64,000 nt of DNA from the NCBI GenBank assembly GCA_049570475.1, contig CP186953.1, positions 1,344,001 through 1,408,000 on the forward strand, in the 5' to 3' direction. Shown here piece after piece: positions 1-9,133 of this stretch. The stretch comes from Candidatus Methanosuratincola verstraetei. GTDB taxonomy: Archaea; Thermoproteota; Methanomethylicia; Methanomethylicales; Methanomethylicaceae. Within the stretch, counting starts at the first letter, position 1, and the number at the start of each line of letters is the position of its first letter. The notes under the pieces were generated by a model, which did no database searches, was not told the origin of the DNA, and saw only the letters and a list, made by a program, of their open reading frames with translations. The position numbers and the translations under genes are program-made.

Positions 1-413
1 AGCTTCCTGAGGACAACGTGCGTCTTAGTCGTCTTTGTGAAATCCATGGAGCGCACCCTCTCTATCACCCTCTCAAGCTCCTTCACGTCCCTGCATGTGA
101 CTTTGATCAACAAATCGAAGTCTCCAGTAACGGTGTATAGTTCGGATATCGCCGGATCGTTCAGGAGCTCTGATCCTGCAACAGGGCCCATTTCCCCGCC
201 TACATCTACCCCCACAAATGCGGTGACCCCTTTCCCCAGCTTCTCAGGGTCTATTTTGATTGTGAATTTGGTGATTATCCCCTCGTCGAGGAGTTTCTTG
301 ACCCTCCTCCTGACAGCAGTCTCCGAGATGCCTACATTGCACGAGAGGTCAGTGTATGAAATCCTTGAATCCTCCTGAAGCAGCTTTAGTATTTTCATGT
401 CGATCTCATCCAT
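1..413 (-). CDS. Lrp/AsnC family transcriptional regulator (3' end runs off the window)
   Basis: Not in the ORF track. Manual translation from ATG at 413: MDEIDMKILKLLQEDSRISYTDLSCNVGISETAVRRRVKKLLDEGIITKFTIKIDPEKLG...YTVTGDFDLLIKV, the typical Lrp HTH plus RAM domain. Confidence 0.92.
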   Translation of the reverse strand, partial: MDEIDMKILKLLQEDSRISYTDLSCNVGISETAVRRRVKKLLDEGIITKFTIKIDPEKLGKGVTAFVGVDVGGEMGPVAGSELLNDPAISELYTVTGDFDLLIKVTCRDVKELERVIERVRSMDFTKTTKTHVVLRK

Positions 414-491
414 AGTTGAACACTCCGGTATGCCAAAGAGATTAATGCAATTTAAATCTTAAAAGAGTAGTGTTGCAATAGGTATTGTCAG

Positions 492-2219
492 ATGGTAGCA
501 ATGAGCAAGTCAGTCGTCCTTAAGGTTTTGCTCCTCGTCCTCGTGGGCGTCATCTTCTCTTCATTCCTCGCCTCGGATGCATGGCGTTCATCCCCGAAGA
601 GCTTGGTTGAGAACTTCAACACCACTTTCTGGGACAATGGGACTACATACCCGCCGTTGGAGATGAACGTGAGCTATATCGGGAACACGACGGTCGGGGG
701 CGTCGTGCTGGATGAGTATGATGCATTCTTCAACAGCCATTTCTTCAACGGCACTGCGATAAGGATACATGCTGTGATACTCAAGCCCCCCGGTGAGGAC
801 CTGCCGGCGGTCCTGCTTCTTCACGGAACTGGCGGCTCCCACTTGCAGCTGATCCAGTACGGCAGGGCGCTTTCATCCCATGGCTATGTCGTAGTGCTCA
901 TGGACTCGCCGGGCTGCGGGCTGTCCTCCGGGCCAACCTCCTCCCCTGAGAACACGGTGGACTTCAGCGGAGGTCCTTACAGTGCCTACTATTACCACAA
1001 CGTGATCGCAGCCAGGAGGGCGATCACTGCGATATCGGAACTCCCATACGTCAACCCCGACGCAATCGCCGTCTCTGGGGCCTCGATGGGAGGGGTGGCG
1101 ACTTATTTGGTCGCCGCGACCGATAGCCGGGTGAAAGCAGCAATACCTGTTGTAGCGAGCGGCTATTTTGACGAGATCGTTATGGGGGGAAGCTTCGCCA
1201 ACTTCATAGTCCCTCCGGGGGCGAATTTCAATGACCAGGCTGTGATGGACTTGATAAAATACTTTGACTGCAGGGCATATGCTGCAAACTTGAGTGTGCC
1301 TACCCTGCTCCTCATCGGTACCCATGATGAGTTCTTCTTCATCGAGGCAGTCAACAAGACGTATTCAATCATCCCTTGCGATAAGGCGATCAACCTGGCG
1401 CCGAATACTGGGCATGCAATGCCCGACAACAGATGGCTGGTGTCATCAGTGATATGGCTTGACCACTACCTGAAAGGGTCAAGCGAGAGGCTGCCTTCCG
1501 TCCCTGTTCCGAGCGCTGAGCCTGCCAATTTCTACACCTCTATAAGGATCGTTGTGCCCGATCCCGAGAATGTTTCTGTCTTCTACAGGGATGGGTTGCC
1601 GGGGTCACTCTGGGTCGAGCAGGATTTGTCCAAAGGGGACCTGTTGCCTATGCCCCTGTTCCCTACCACTGTCAGCTATTTCATAGGGATCAAGTCTAAC
1701 GGAACAATTGTCTCCACAAGCCCTGTTTACCAGATCTCGGTCGTCCCTTCTGCATTTGTAATTTCTTTGGCATTCTTGGTTGCTGTTATGCTAGTGCTCT
1801 TCATTAACTGGCGCGAAGAAGTGCTTGGCATTGAGATGGATGCGTCGAGTTTACTCCTCTTCATCGCTGGCCTCTTGATTTGGATCGTTGCTGCATTCGC
1901 AACCTCATTGCCTTGGATCGATTTCACTGGTAGGACATCCGTTAGCCTTCTGCAGCTCTGGGACAGGTACGCGCTGCACTTTGCGCCCTTCGCCCTTCTC
2001 TTATTGGGGCTGTTTGGTTCATTGCTTGCCTTTGCTGCCCGGATCTGGCTAGGCGGTCTGGCATTGCTCTTCACCTTCGGTTGGGTATATTACTTCTTGA
2101 TCCCCCTCACCTCGCTCAGCCCTAGCGTGGTTTCGCTTGGCTTCGGAGCTTACTTGGTTGGGATATGCATTGCGGCGTCTTTCCTGATACCTGCCGTGCT
2201 GAAGATCGTCAGGGGATGA
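492..2219 (+). CDS. Membrane-anchored alpha/beta hydrolase (acetyl-xylan-esterase/dienelactone-hydrolase-like)
   Basis: N-terminal signal/TM segment, LLLHG oxyanion motif, GASMGG nucleophile elbow, candidate Asp (GTHDE) and His (NTGH), several C-terminal TM helices. Confidence 0.8.
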   Translation: MVAMSKSVVLKVLLLVLVGVIFSSFLASDAWRSSPKSLVENFNTTFWDNGTTYPPLEMNVSYIGNTTVGGVVLDEYDAFFNSHFFNGTAIRIHAVILKPPGEDLPAVLLLHGTGGSHLQLIQYGRALSSHGYVVVLMDSPGCGLSSGPTSSPENTVDFSGGPYSAYYYHNVIAARRAITAISELPYVNPDAIAVSGASMGGVATYLVAATDSRVKAAIPVVASGYFDEIVMGGSFANFIVPPGANFNDQAVMDLIKYFDCRAYAANLSVPTLLLIGTHDEFFFIEAVNKTYSIIPCDKAINLAPNTGHAMPDNRWLVSSVIWLDHYLKGSSERLPSVPVPSAEPANFYTSIRIVVPDPENVSVFYRDGLPGSLWVEQDLSKGDLLPMPLFPTTVSYFIGIKSNGTIVSTSPVYQISVVPSAFVISLAFLVAVMLVLFINWREEVLGIEMDASSLLLFIAGLLIWIVAAFATSLPWIDFTGRTSVSLLQLWDRYALHFAPFALLLLGLFGSLLAFAARIWLGGLALLFTFGWVYYFLIPLTSLSPSVVSLGFGAYLVGICIAASFLIPAVLKIVRG

Positions 2220-2267
2220 TCTGCATTGCCCGCCCTCCGACAAATATATACCATCTTGTAGGCATAG

Positions 2268-2630
2268 GTGTCTGACATGCGCCCTTCGTGCGAGGTCGTT
2301 TCCAGATACGTTTTGCCGGTCTTCAGGTCGATGGTTGCTAAGGACATGATGAGCAAGTACAAGATCTCTCAATCCGAGGTTGCATCAAAGCTTGGCGTTA
2401 CCCAGGCTGCAATCAGCCATTACCTGAAGTCAAAGCGCGGCGCCAAGATGGCCTCAGAGCTGGAAACGATACCTGAGGTGAAGGCTGCAGTTGCCAAGAT
2501 CTCTGAAGAGCTGATGAGCAAGAAAAGCGAAGACGACCTTCTCTTCGACGAATTCTGCGGACTCTGCAAGATAATCAGGAAAAATTCCTTGCTCTGGGAG
2601 CGGATGGAGGCGATACTACAAAACCGGTGA
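2268..2630 (+). CDS. Archaeal HTH transcriptional regulator (COG2522-like)
   Basis: PSCEVVSRYVLPVFR...SQSEVASKLGVTQAAISHYLKSKRG HTH and C-terminal CxxC. Confidence 0.8.
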   Translation: MSDMRPSCEVVSRYVLPVFRSMVAKDMMSKYKISQSEVASKLGVTQAAISHYLKSKRGAKMASELETIPEVKAAVAKISEELMSKKSEDDLLFDEFCGLCKIIRKNSLLWERMEAILQNR

Positions 2631-3536
2631 AGAAAGCCTCTCCCTGAATGAGTACCATCTCCTCCCCCTCTTCTCCACGTGCCCCTCGGCCTCTAGGTAC
2701 TTCAGGTACGAAATCGCCTGGTTTATTGGGAGTATGATCTTGTAGGGTGCCTGAGCCAGGTCTAGCCCCCTGTAGAGTGAAATCACAATTTCCTTGAGCG
2801 TCGCCCCTCCTTTTGTGACGCGGAGGACCTCCTCCAGCCTTGAAACAAAGTGGGACTCCAACGCCTCGATCTCTGCCCTTGCGAGGGGGGCCCTCTCGTG
2901 CCCGGGGTAAATGAATTTGAAGACCTTGAGCTTCTCCAGTGAATTGAACTCCTCCTTAAGGTCCGTCACAGCGGTGCTTCCTTCGATCGCTGCGTCGCCG
3001 CAGAAGACCGCCTCGCCTGCGACCACGCCGACACTACCTTCGGTGTGCCCAGGCAAGTGCAATGTCCTTACAGCGCCTCCTGCAAGGCTTGTCTCTGTAA
3101 ACGTTTCATAGACTGCGGATCTCGTGAGAATTGAGGCTGCGGTAATCAGCTTGATCCTTGCCTCCCCGAGGACACTTGGATCAAAGCCTCCCTCCACGGC
3201 ATGCTCGTACGCCTCTTCGAACCATTTTGAATAGTGGCTGCTGTAGTCTGACAGCATGCCCGCGTCTGCCTCGTGAACCATGAGGGCTGCCCCTGTCTCC
3301 TGTTGGAGATACGCTCCGAGGCTGAAGTGATCGAGGTGACCGTGCGTGAGCAGTATTACATCAAGATCCCACGCCCCTGCCTTCTCGAGCGTCTTGCGTA
3401 TGAACCTCCTGTTCTCCTCGCTGTCGAGCCCAGAATCAACGAGGATCTTGGCCTCCCCCTCCAGTAAATAGGCATTCGTGCTCCTGCCGCTCCCGTACTC
3501 GCTAGGGAAAGGGACCTTTATCTGGGTGATTTTCAT
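2616..3536 (-). CDS. MBL-fold metallo-hydrolase with C-terminal winged helix
   Basis: THGHLDH, PGHT, GD and PGH motifs. Probable start MKITQ at 3536 (ORF open to 3608). Confidence 0.88.
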   Translation of the reverse strand: MKITQIKVPFPSEYGSGRSTNAYLLEGEAKILVDSGLDSEENRRFIRKTLEKAGAWDLDVILLTHGHLDHFSLGAYLQQETGAALMVHEADAGMLSDYSSHYSKWFEEAYEHAVEGGFDPSVLGEARIKLITAASILTRSAVYETFTETSLAGGAVRTLHLPGHTEGSVGVVAGEAVFCGDAAIEGSTAVTDLKEEFNSLEKLKVFKFIYPGHERAPLARAEIEALESHFVSRLEEVLRVTKGGATLKEIVISLYRGLDLAQAPYKIILPINQAISYLKYLEAEGHVEKRGRRWYSFRERLSSPVL

Positions 3537-3631
3537 CTCATCCACAATGGAATTCAACACGCAAAGGTATTTCTTTTTTTGGTTTCCCTCTATTCCGCGA
3601 TCAGCCACCGCTCTGAATATGCAAAAAGCCT

Positions 3632-3671
3632 AAATATAACGGAGAAAAATATAACGCAAAGAAATATATTT
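3632..3671. promoter_or_regulatory. 15-bp-period direct repeats (AAATATAACG twice, AAATATATTT once) in a divergent promoter region
   Basis: Units start at 3632, 3647 and 3662, between the divergent MBL and wHTH genes. Confidence 0.5.
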
Positions 3672-3683
3672 TAGGGGGCTGTT

Positions 3684-4238
3684 GTGGTGGGCAATCATGC
3701 AGAGCTTGGCGACGTCGAGGATAGGGTATTGCAGCTGATGGCTTCCGACTCGCAGACAAGGTTCAGTTTCCAGGGCATGAAGAGGGCACTCAAGGTCCAT
3801 CAGGAGAGGCTGTCGAGGGGCCTCAGCCGGCTTCACTCTCAGGGGTATATCCTGAAGGATAACGACGGTTACCTCATAACCCCCAAAGGAAAGAAGGCAG
3901 CAGGGCGCTTGGGTTCTGGATCCAGAAGGATTGTGGTGGGGACCTCTTACATGCCGCCCGGAACCGATTTGCAATATGTTGAGAGCCAGCTCAAGGGGCG
4001 TTGGTTCGGCGGAATGCGTTGGCTTGGCGCCTCATCAGAAGGCGCCTCGAGAACCCTCAAGTGGGTCAGCGAGGATGGCGACGTACAAGTGGGTCTTAAA
4101 GTCAGTAACGATGCGCTCGAGGTAATCCTCGAATCATTCTCGCCCAACGAAGAACCAAGGGCGAGGGAGATGGCTTCGCGGCTTTTCGTTAAGATGGTGA
4201 ACGCCATCTATGGCAGGCGCAAAAGCCAGGAGAATTGA
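3684..4238 (+). CDS. Winged-helix DNA-binding protein
   Basis: FSFQGMKRALKVHQERLSRGLSRLHSQGYI...GYLITPKG is a wHTH. C-terminal alpha/beta domain unassigned. Confidence 0.7.
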   Translation: MVGNHAELGDVEDRVLQLMASDSQTRFSFQGMKRALKVHQERLSRGLSRLHSQGYILKDNDGYLITPKGKKAAGRLGSGSRRIVVGTSYMPPGTDLQYVESQLKGRWFGGMRWLGASSEGASRTLKWVSEDGDVQVGLKVSNDALEVILESFSPNEEPRAREMASRLFVKMVNAIYGRRKSQEN

Positions 4239-4334
4239 GCAATCCTTTCCACCTAGCCTAGCCATGGCGTGACTTGGTTTGGGGGAATCTAGTCTATAAG
4301 ATTCCCCTTCGTGCAAATTATCCATGTGGTCGTC

Positions 4335-4925
4335 ATGACAACAATCGTAGCAATTAGGTGCGTGGACGGCGTTGTGCTCGCCTCCGACAGGCGCGCCAGC
4401 AAGGGCGGCATGATCGGGTCGAAGGCCGTCAAAAAGATATACCCTATAGATGGCAGGAAGGCGGTGGCGATAGCTGGGCAGCTGTCAGATGCCAATTACC
4501 TGGTCAACCTGGTTAAAGCCGAGGCCAAACTCATGGAATTCAACCGGGGTTTCCCCCTCACTGTCAAGGAGGTTGCAAAACTGCTTTCAAACATGCTCTA
4601 CTCGGGCATGCGTAACTATGCCCCGTACATCACAGAGCTACTGGTGGCTGGGGTTGACGAGACCGGTCCGAATGTCTTTGAGGCAGACATCAGCGGCGCA
4701 GTGACAGATGAGATGTTCACCTCCTCGGGATCCGGCTCACCGATGGCTTATGGCGTGCTCGAGGCGTCATACAGGGAGGGGCTCACTGTCAAGGAAGGAG
4801 CTGAGATCGCGAAGAGGGCGGTTAGGTCTGCGATGGAGAGGGATCCCGGATCTGGAAATGGCGTCCAGCTCATGGTAATTACGGAGAAGGGTTCGGAGTT
4901 TCTGGATGCAGGGGGTGCTGCATAG
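4335..4925 (+). CDS. psmB: 20S proteasome beta subunit
   Basis: M-TTIVAIRCVDGVVLASDRRAS with Thr1, Asp17 and Lys33 in register. GSGS and RDPGSG motifs. Confidence 0.92.
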   Translation: MTTIVAIRCVDGVVLASDRRASKGGMIGSKAVKKIYPIDGRKAVAIAGQLSDANYLVNLVKAEAKLMEFNRGFPLTVKEVAKLLSNMLYSGMRNYAPYITELLVAGVDETGPNVFEADISGAVTDEMFTSSGSGSPMAYGVLEASYREGLTVKEGAEIAKRAVRSAMERDPGSGNGVQLMVITEKGSEFLDAGGAA

Positions 4926-5606
4926 ATGTTGCCAAGGGGATCTGAAGGGGCTTACATGATGTATACCCCTGATGGGCGCTTGGTCCAGGTAGAGTACGCA
5001 GCCGAAGCGGCAAAATATGGTTCGCCCGTGGTCGCGGTGCGTGGTAAAGGATTTGCAGTGATGGTGGCGCGGACGAAAGAGCCTGATCCGCTCCTGGATC
5101 CAATGGAGAAGATACACATGGTAGACGAGAACATAGGGATCGCTGGTGCGGGTTTCACGGGTGACATACAGCTGCTGGTCGATCAGGCCAGGATCGAAGC
5201 TCAGCGCCACAGGCTTGTCTTCGAGGATCCTATAGACGTGAAGACGCTTGTTAACCAGCTGGGGCAATTCATGTACCAGTTCACCCGATACGGCAACGTG
5301 AGGCCTCTTGGCGCCTCTCTCATAGTAATGGGATCTGACCGAATAGGCAACCACATATTCCAGCTTGACACCAGGGGTCTGCTGCTCAGCGGGAAAGCCC
5401 TTGCCATAGGAAAGAACAGCGAGGCTGCAATCTCATTGCTGAGGGGCGAGTACAGGCCCGATATCGGCATGAAGGATGCGATCAACCTGGCTGTGAAGGC
5501 GCTCTCGAGCGCCGAGGACGGCGAGAGCCCTGTTGAGGTCGGCATTGCGAAGGGCATGTCCTTCAAGAAGATGTGCCTGAGGGATGCCCTCGAATCCAAG
5601 GAGTAG
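4926..5606 (+). CDS. psmA: 20S proteasome alpha subunit (divergent N-terminus)
   Basis: YTPDGRLVQVEYAAEAAKYG alpha signature, EKIHMVD and RPLGASL. Starts immediately after the beta stop codon. Confidence 0.88.
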   Translation: MLPRGSEGAYMMYTPDGRLVQVEYAAEAAKYGSPVVAVRGKGFAVMVARTKEPDPLLDPMEKIHMVDENIGIAGAGFTGDIQLLVDQARIEAQRHRLVFEDPIDVKTLVNQLGQFMYQFTRYGNVRPLGASLIVMGSDRIGNHIFQLDTRGLLLSGKALAIGKNSEAAISLLRGEYRPDIGMKDAINLAVKALSSAEDGESPVEVGIAKGMSFKKMCLRDALESKE

Positions 5607-5616
5607 CCGTTTGGAA

Positions 5617-5638
5617 TTTCCTTCTCCTTTTTTTGTTT
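5617..5638 (+). terminator. Pyrimidine/oligo-T archaeal terminator
   Basis: TTTCCTTCTCCTTTTTTTGTTT just after psmA. Confidence 0.5.
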
Positions 5639-5716
5639 CAATTGCATTGGCATCGATGGCATCCGATCCACAAAAGGTCTTTTATTGCACCCAGCTGCTT
5701 TTCTGTAATGGTGTAG

Positions 5717-6466
5717 ATGTTGATAGACGTACATGCCCACCTGACTGATCCTGCTTTCAGCGATCTCCCTGAAGTGATAAGAAGGGCAAAGGCTGCAGGA
5801 GTTGCCGCAGTTGTGACTTCGATAACAGACCCTGCGGATCTGCCAAAAGCGAAGAGCATAATCGAGCAGTATGGCGGCTATGTGTTTCTTACCGTTGGCC
5901 TGGATCCTGCACTCCTATCTGAAGAGAAGCTCAGCGAATTCAGGTCAGCGCTGAAAGCTTCCCCTATAGTGGGAGTTGGGGAGGTCGGTCTGGATCACTT
6001 CTACGTCAGGGATGCGCCTCTCATGGAAATCCAGGAGCGGCATTTCAGGGAGTGCATAAGGGACGCCATCTCGATGGACAAGCCCTTGGTGATCCATTCG
6101 AGAAGCGCCGGGCGGAAGGCATTGGAGGTGCTGTACTCGGAAGGAGCAGAAAGGGTCCTTATGCATGCCTTCGACGGGAAGGTCGGGGACGCCTTGGCTG
6201 CGGCAAAAAAGGGATATTTCTTCTCCATACCAACTTCGGTGGTGCATTCGGATCAGAAGCAGAAGCTAGCCCGCCTTTTGCCGATCGAATCGTTGATGCT
6301 TGAGACCGACTCTCCTGTCCTCTCGCCTGTCAGGGGTGAGCGAAACGAGCCTGCAAACTTGATCCACTCTGCGAGGAAGGTAGCTGAAATTAAGAGGATC
6401 CCGCTTGAGAAGGTCGTTGAGGCCACCTCCGCAAATGCATTGAGCTTCTACAGGATAACTCTCTGA
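5717..6466 (+). CDS. tatD: TatD family metal-dependent nuclease
   Basis: IDVHAHL, GEVGLD, IHSR, MHAF and LETDSP motifs. Confidence 0.92.
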   Translation: MLIDVHAHLTDPAFSDLPEVIRRAKAAGVAAVVTSITDPADLPKAKSIIEQYGGYVFLTVGLDPALLSEEKLSEFRSALKASPIVGVGEVGLDHFYVRDAPLMEIQERHFRECIRDAISMDKPLVIHSRSAGRKALEVLYSEGAERVLMHAFDGKVGDALAAAKKGYFFSIPTSVVHSDQKQKLARLLPIESLMLETDSPVLSPVRGERNEPANLIHSARKVAEIKRIPLEKVVEATSANALSFYRITL

Positions 6467-6558
6467 AATTTACTAGTTCATGGTAATTGATTCTTTCATT
6501 TAAAAAAAATTTTTATATGCCCTAATAAAAGTTAGAGTTGGCTATGGGGTATTGATTT

Positions 6559-7563
6559 ATGAAAACCTCGTACATAATAGGTTTGGTTGTTGTGGCAATC
6601 ATAGTGATCGCAGGAGCTTACTATTACACGACAACTCTGAGTCCGCAGCCTCAGCAGTTCAAGGTAGCCGCAATCTACATCTCCCCGTTGGAGGAACCAT
6701 GGAACCAGGCTCTCCACCAGTCGCTATTGAAGGCGAAGAATGAACTTGGGATCGTATACAACTACTCCGAGAACGTTGGCGACTCGACCGTTGCGATGGT
6801 GATGACGCAGTATGTCTCAGCAGGCTTCAAGATGATCTTCCCGCACAGCTGGAGTTACCACCCTGTGACTAACGCGACCGCGGCCCAGTACAGGAGCGTA
6901 TTCTTCGCGCAGGGCTCAGGCATGAACATGAACTACGGGAACAACACGGTCCTCTATGACTATCACATACAGGAAGCCGCCTATGTGGCTGGCGCAATCG
7001 CGGCTAAGATAACCAACACTAGCAAGATAGGGATCGTAACCGCGTTCCCAGGAGTCGGGGATGTGGACAACCTGCTGAACGGGTTCATTGCAGGCGCCAA
7101 ATCGGTCAATCCAAACGTGACCATCGTCATATCCTACATATATGACTGGTATGCACCATCAAAGGCCAAGGAGGCTGCCGCTGGGCTTATCGAGTCCGGC
7201 GTTGACGTGATATACTCCGAGAGATACGGTGTCTTCGAGGCCTGCAAGGACAGCAATGGCAAGATAATTGCCTACGCTTTCGGCAACATCGTGGATCAGA
7301 ACAATGCTTCTGATGCTGTGATCGGGAGCGTAGTGTGGGACACCTACCCGATGGTAAAGGAGCTCATACAGCGCGCCCAGAATGGAACTTTCATCCCTGG
7401 GGATTACATCGCCTCAATGAGCAAGGGCACATCGAAGTTCGTCTGGAACCCGGTCAACGCTGCCAAATTCCCTGAGGCCAAGGCATACAGCGACACCCTC
7501 GTGCAGAAGATAATCAATGGTTCAGTGGTAGTTCCTCTCAACTTCGGTCCACCGAGCCCATAA
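6559..7563 (+). CDS. BMP-family ABC transporter substrate-binding protein (nucleoside/purine type)
   Basis: N-terminal anchor, EEPWNQ, EAAYVAGAIAA, GFIAGAKSVNP and GVDVIY motifs. Confidence 0.88.
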   Translation: MKTSYIIGLVVVAIIVIAGAYYYTTTLSPQPQQFKVAAIYISPLEEPWNQALHQSLLKAKNELGIVYNYSENVGDSTVAMVMTQYVSAGFKMIFPHSWSYHPVTNATAAQYRSVFFAQGSGMNMNYGNNTVLYDYHIQEAAYVAGAIAAKITNTSKIGIVTAFPGVGDVDNLLNGFIAGAKSVNPNVTIVISYIYDWYAPSKAKEAAAGLIESGVDVIYSERYGVFEACKDSNGKIIAYAFGNIVDQNNASDAVIGSVVWDTYPMVKELIQRAQNGTFIPGDYIASMSKGTSKFVWNPVNAAKFPEAKAYSDTLVQKIINGSVVVPLNFGPPSP

Positions 7564-7566
7564 GGG

Positions 7567-9132
7567 GTGGCAATCACGCCACTTTCTTCCCCTTTTTTTG
7601 AGAAAAGAGAGGTCAACTCAACGCCTCAGAATGAGGAGTATGCCATATTCCTAAAGAACATATCCAAGACATTCCCGAACGGCACCGTGGCAAACCAGGA
7701 TGTGACCTTGGGAATATTGAGGGGCGAGGTCCATGCCATACTTGGTGAGAACGGGGCCGGGAAGACGACCTTGATGAGGATAATCTCCGGGATCCTGAAA
7801 CCGGACAAGGGGGAGATTTTCATTGACGGGAAGCCGGTGAAGATAAGGGATCCTAGGGACGCGTCCCGGCTCGGGATAGGCATGGTGCACCAGCACTTCA
7901 CGCTCATCCCTGAGTTCACTGTGCGGGAGAACATTGCCCTGGTCCTTGCAACTTCACCCTGGCTGGATCTGAAAAAAGTTGACGAGAAGATAGCTGCTGT
8001 CTCGAAGGATATGGGGCTCGAGATAGACCCAGAATCGAAGATCGAGAGCCTGCCCGTTGGCAAGAGGCAGCTAGTCGAGATCCTCCGCCTCCTCTGCCAG
8101 GACGTTAGAATCCTGATACTCGACGAGCCTACTTCGGTCTTGACTCCGATCGAAGTTGATTCCTTCTTCAAGATGATAATGAATCTAAAATCGTCCGGAA
8201 AGACAGTTGTGCTAATCACCCACAAGATGAAAGAGGCTCTCCAGATAAGTGACCGGATAACTGTCCTCCGGGGCGGGAGGGTGATCAGGACTATCCCGAC
8301 CTCAGAGGCCAATGAGGCCCTCTTGGCGTCGCTTGTGGTTGAGGGCATGCTTCCAGCCCCAACGCTGGTGCGCGGCACCCCGGGGGATATTATTCTTAAA
8401 GTTGAGTCCCTCAAGGTGAAAGATGACCGCGGGCGGATTGCGGTCGACGGCCTGAACTTGACGGTCAGGTCCGGTGAGATCGTCGGGATCGCGGGCGTGG
8501 CAGGCAACGGTCAGAAGGAACTGGTGGAAGCTATAACCGGCCTAAGGAAGGTCGAGTCAGGGGCGGTCAAGCTTTCGTCCCAAGACATCACGAATAAACC
8601 GACACGTTTCATAATCGAGAAGGGCATCTCCTACATACCTGAGGACAGGATGCATAGGGGCGTGGTGCTCACAATGGGCGTCCACGAAAACTTGGCCCTA
8701 AAGTGCATCGAGAAGCCGCCGATGAGCAAGAGCAAGATAATTGACAGAAGATCGATGGTCAAGAATGCAGAGAGCCTGATATCGAAGTTCTCTATAAAGG
8801 CTTCTGACCCGTGCACTTCTGTCGAGAACCTCTCAGGCGGTAACATACAGAAGCTTATAGTTGCAAGGGAGCTCTCAAATGGCGGACTTGTCCTCATAGC
8901 TGAGCAGCCGACTGCTGGCCTGGACATAAAGGCGTCAGAGGCTGTGCACCAAAAGCTAGTTGAATTGAGGTCGAGGGGAGTTGGGATCCTGTTGGTCTCC
9001 TCAGACCTTGACGAGATAATGAAGTTGAGCGACAGGATATGCGTGATCTTTGGCGGCAAGATCGTGGGCGAGTTCATGCCAGAGAACTTGGATGTTGAAA
9101 GGCTCTCGAGGTTGATGCTGGGGGCTGAATGA
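7567..9132 (+). CDS. ABC transporter ATP-binding protein, two-domain sugar/nucleoside type
   Basis: GENGAGKT, MVHQHF, ILDEPT, YIPEDR and LSGGNIQK. True start may be ACG at 7621. Confidence 0.93.
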   Translation: MAITPLSSPFFEKREVNSTPQNEEYAIFLKNISKTFPNGTVANQDVTLGILRGEVHAILGENGAGKTTLMRIISGILKPDKGEIFIDGKPVKIRDPRDASRLGIGMVHQHFTLIPEFTVRENIALVLATSPWLDLKKVDEKIAAVSKDMGLEIDPESKIESLPVGKRQLVEILRLLCQDVRILILDEPTSVLTPIEVDSFFKMIMNLKSSGKTVVLITHKMKEALQISDRITVLRGGRVIRTIPTSEANEALLASLVVEGMLPAPTLVRGTPGDIILKVESLKVKDDRGRIAVDGLNLTVRSGEIVGIAGVAGNGQKELVEAITGLRKVESGAVKLSSQDITNKPTRFIIEKGISYIPEDRMHRGVVLTMGVHENLALKCIEKPPMSKSKIIDRRSMVKNAESLISKFSIKASDPCTSVENLSGGNIQKLIVARELSNGGLVLIAEQPTAGLDIKASEAVHQKLVELRSRGVGILLVSSDLDEIMKLSDRICVIFGGKIVGEFMPENLDVERLSRLMLGAE

Positions 9133-9133
9133 T

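Noticed and set aside
37-378. 113-aa plus-strand ORF
   Set aside because: Antisense shadow of the Lrp gene on the minus strand.
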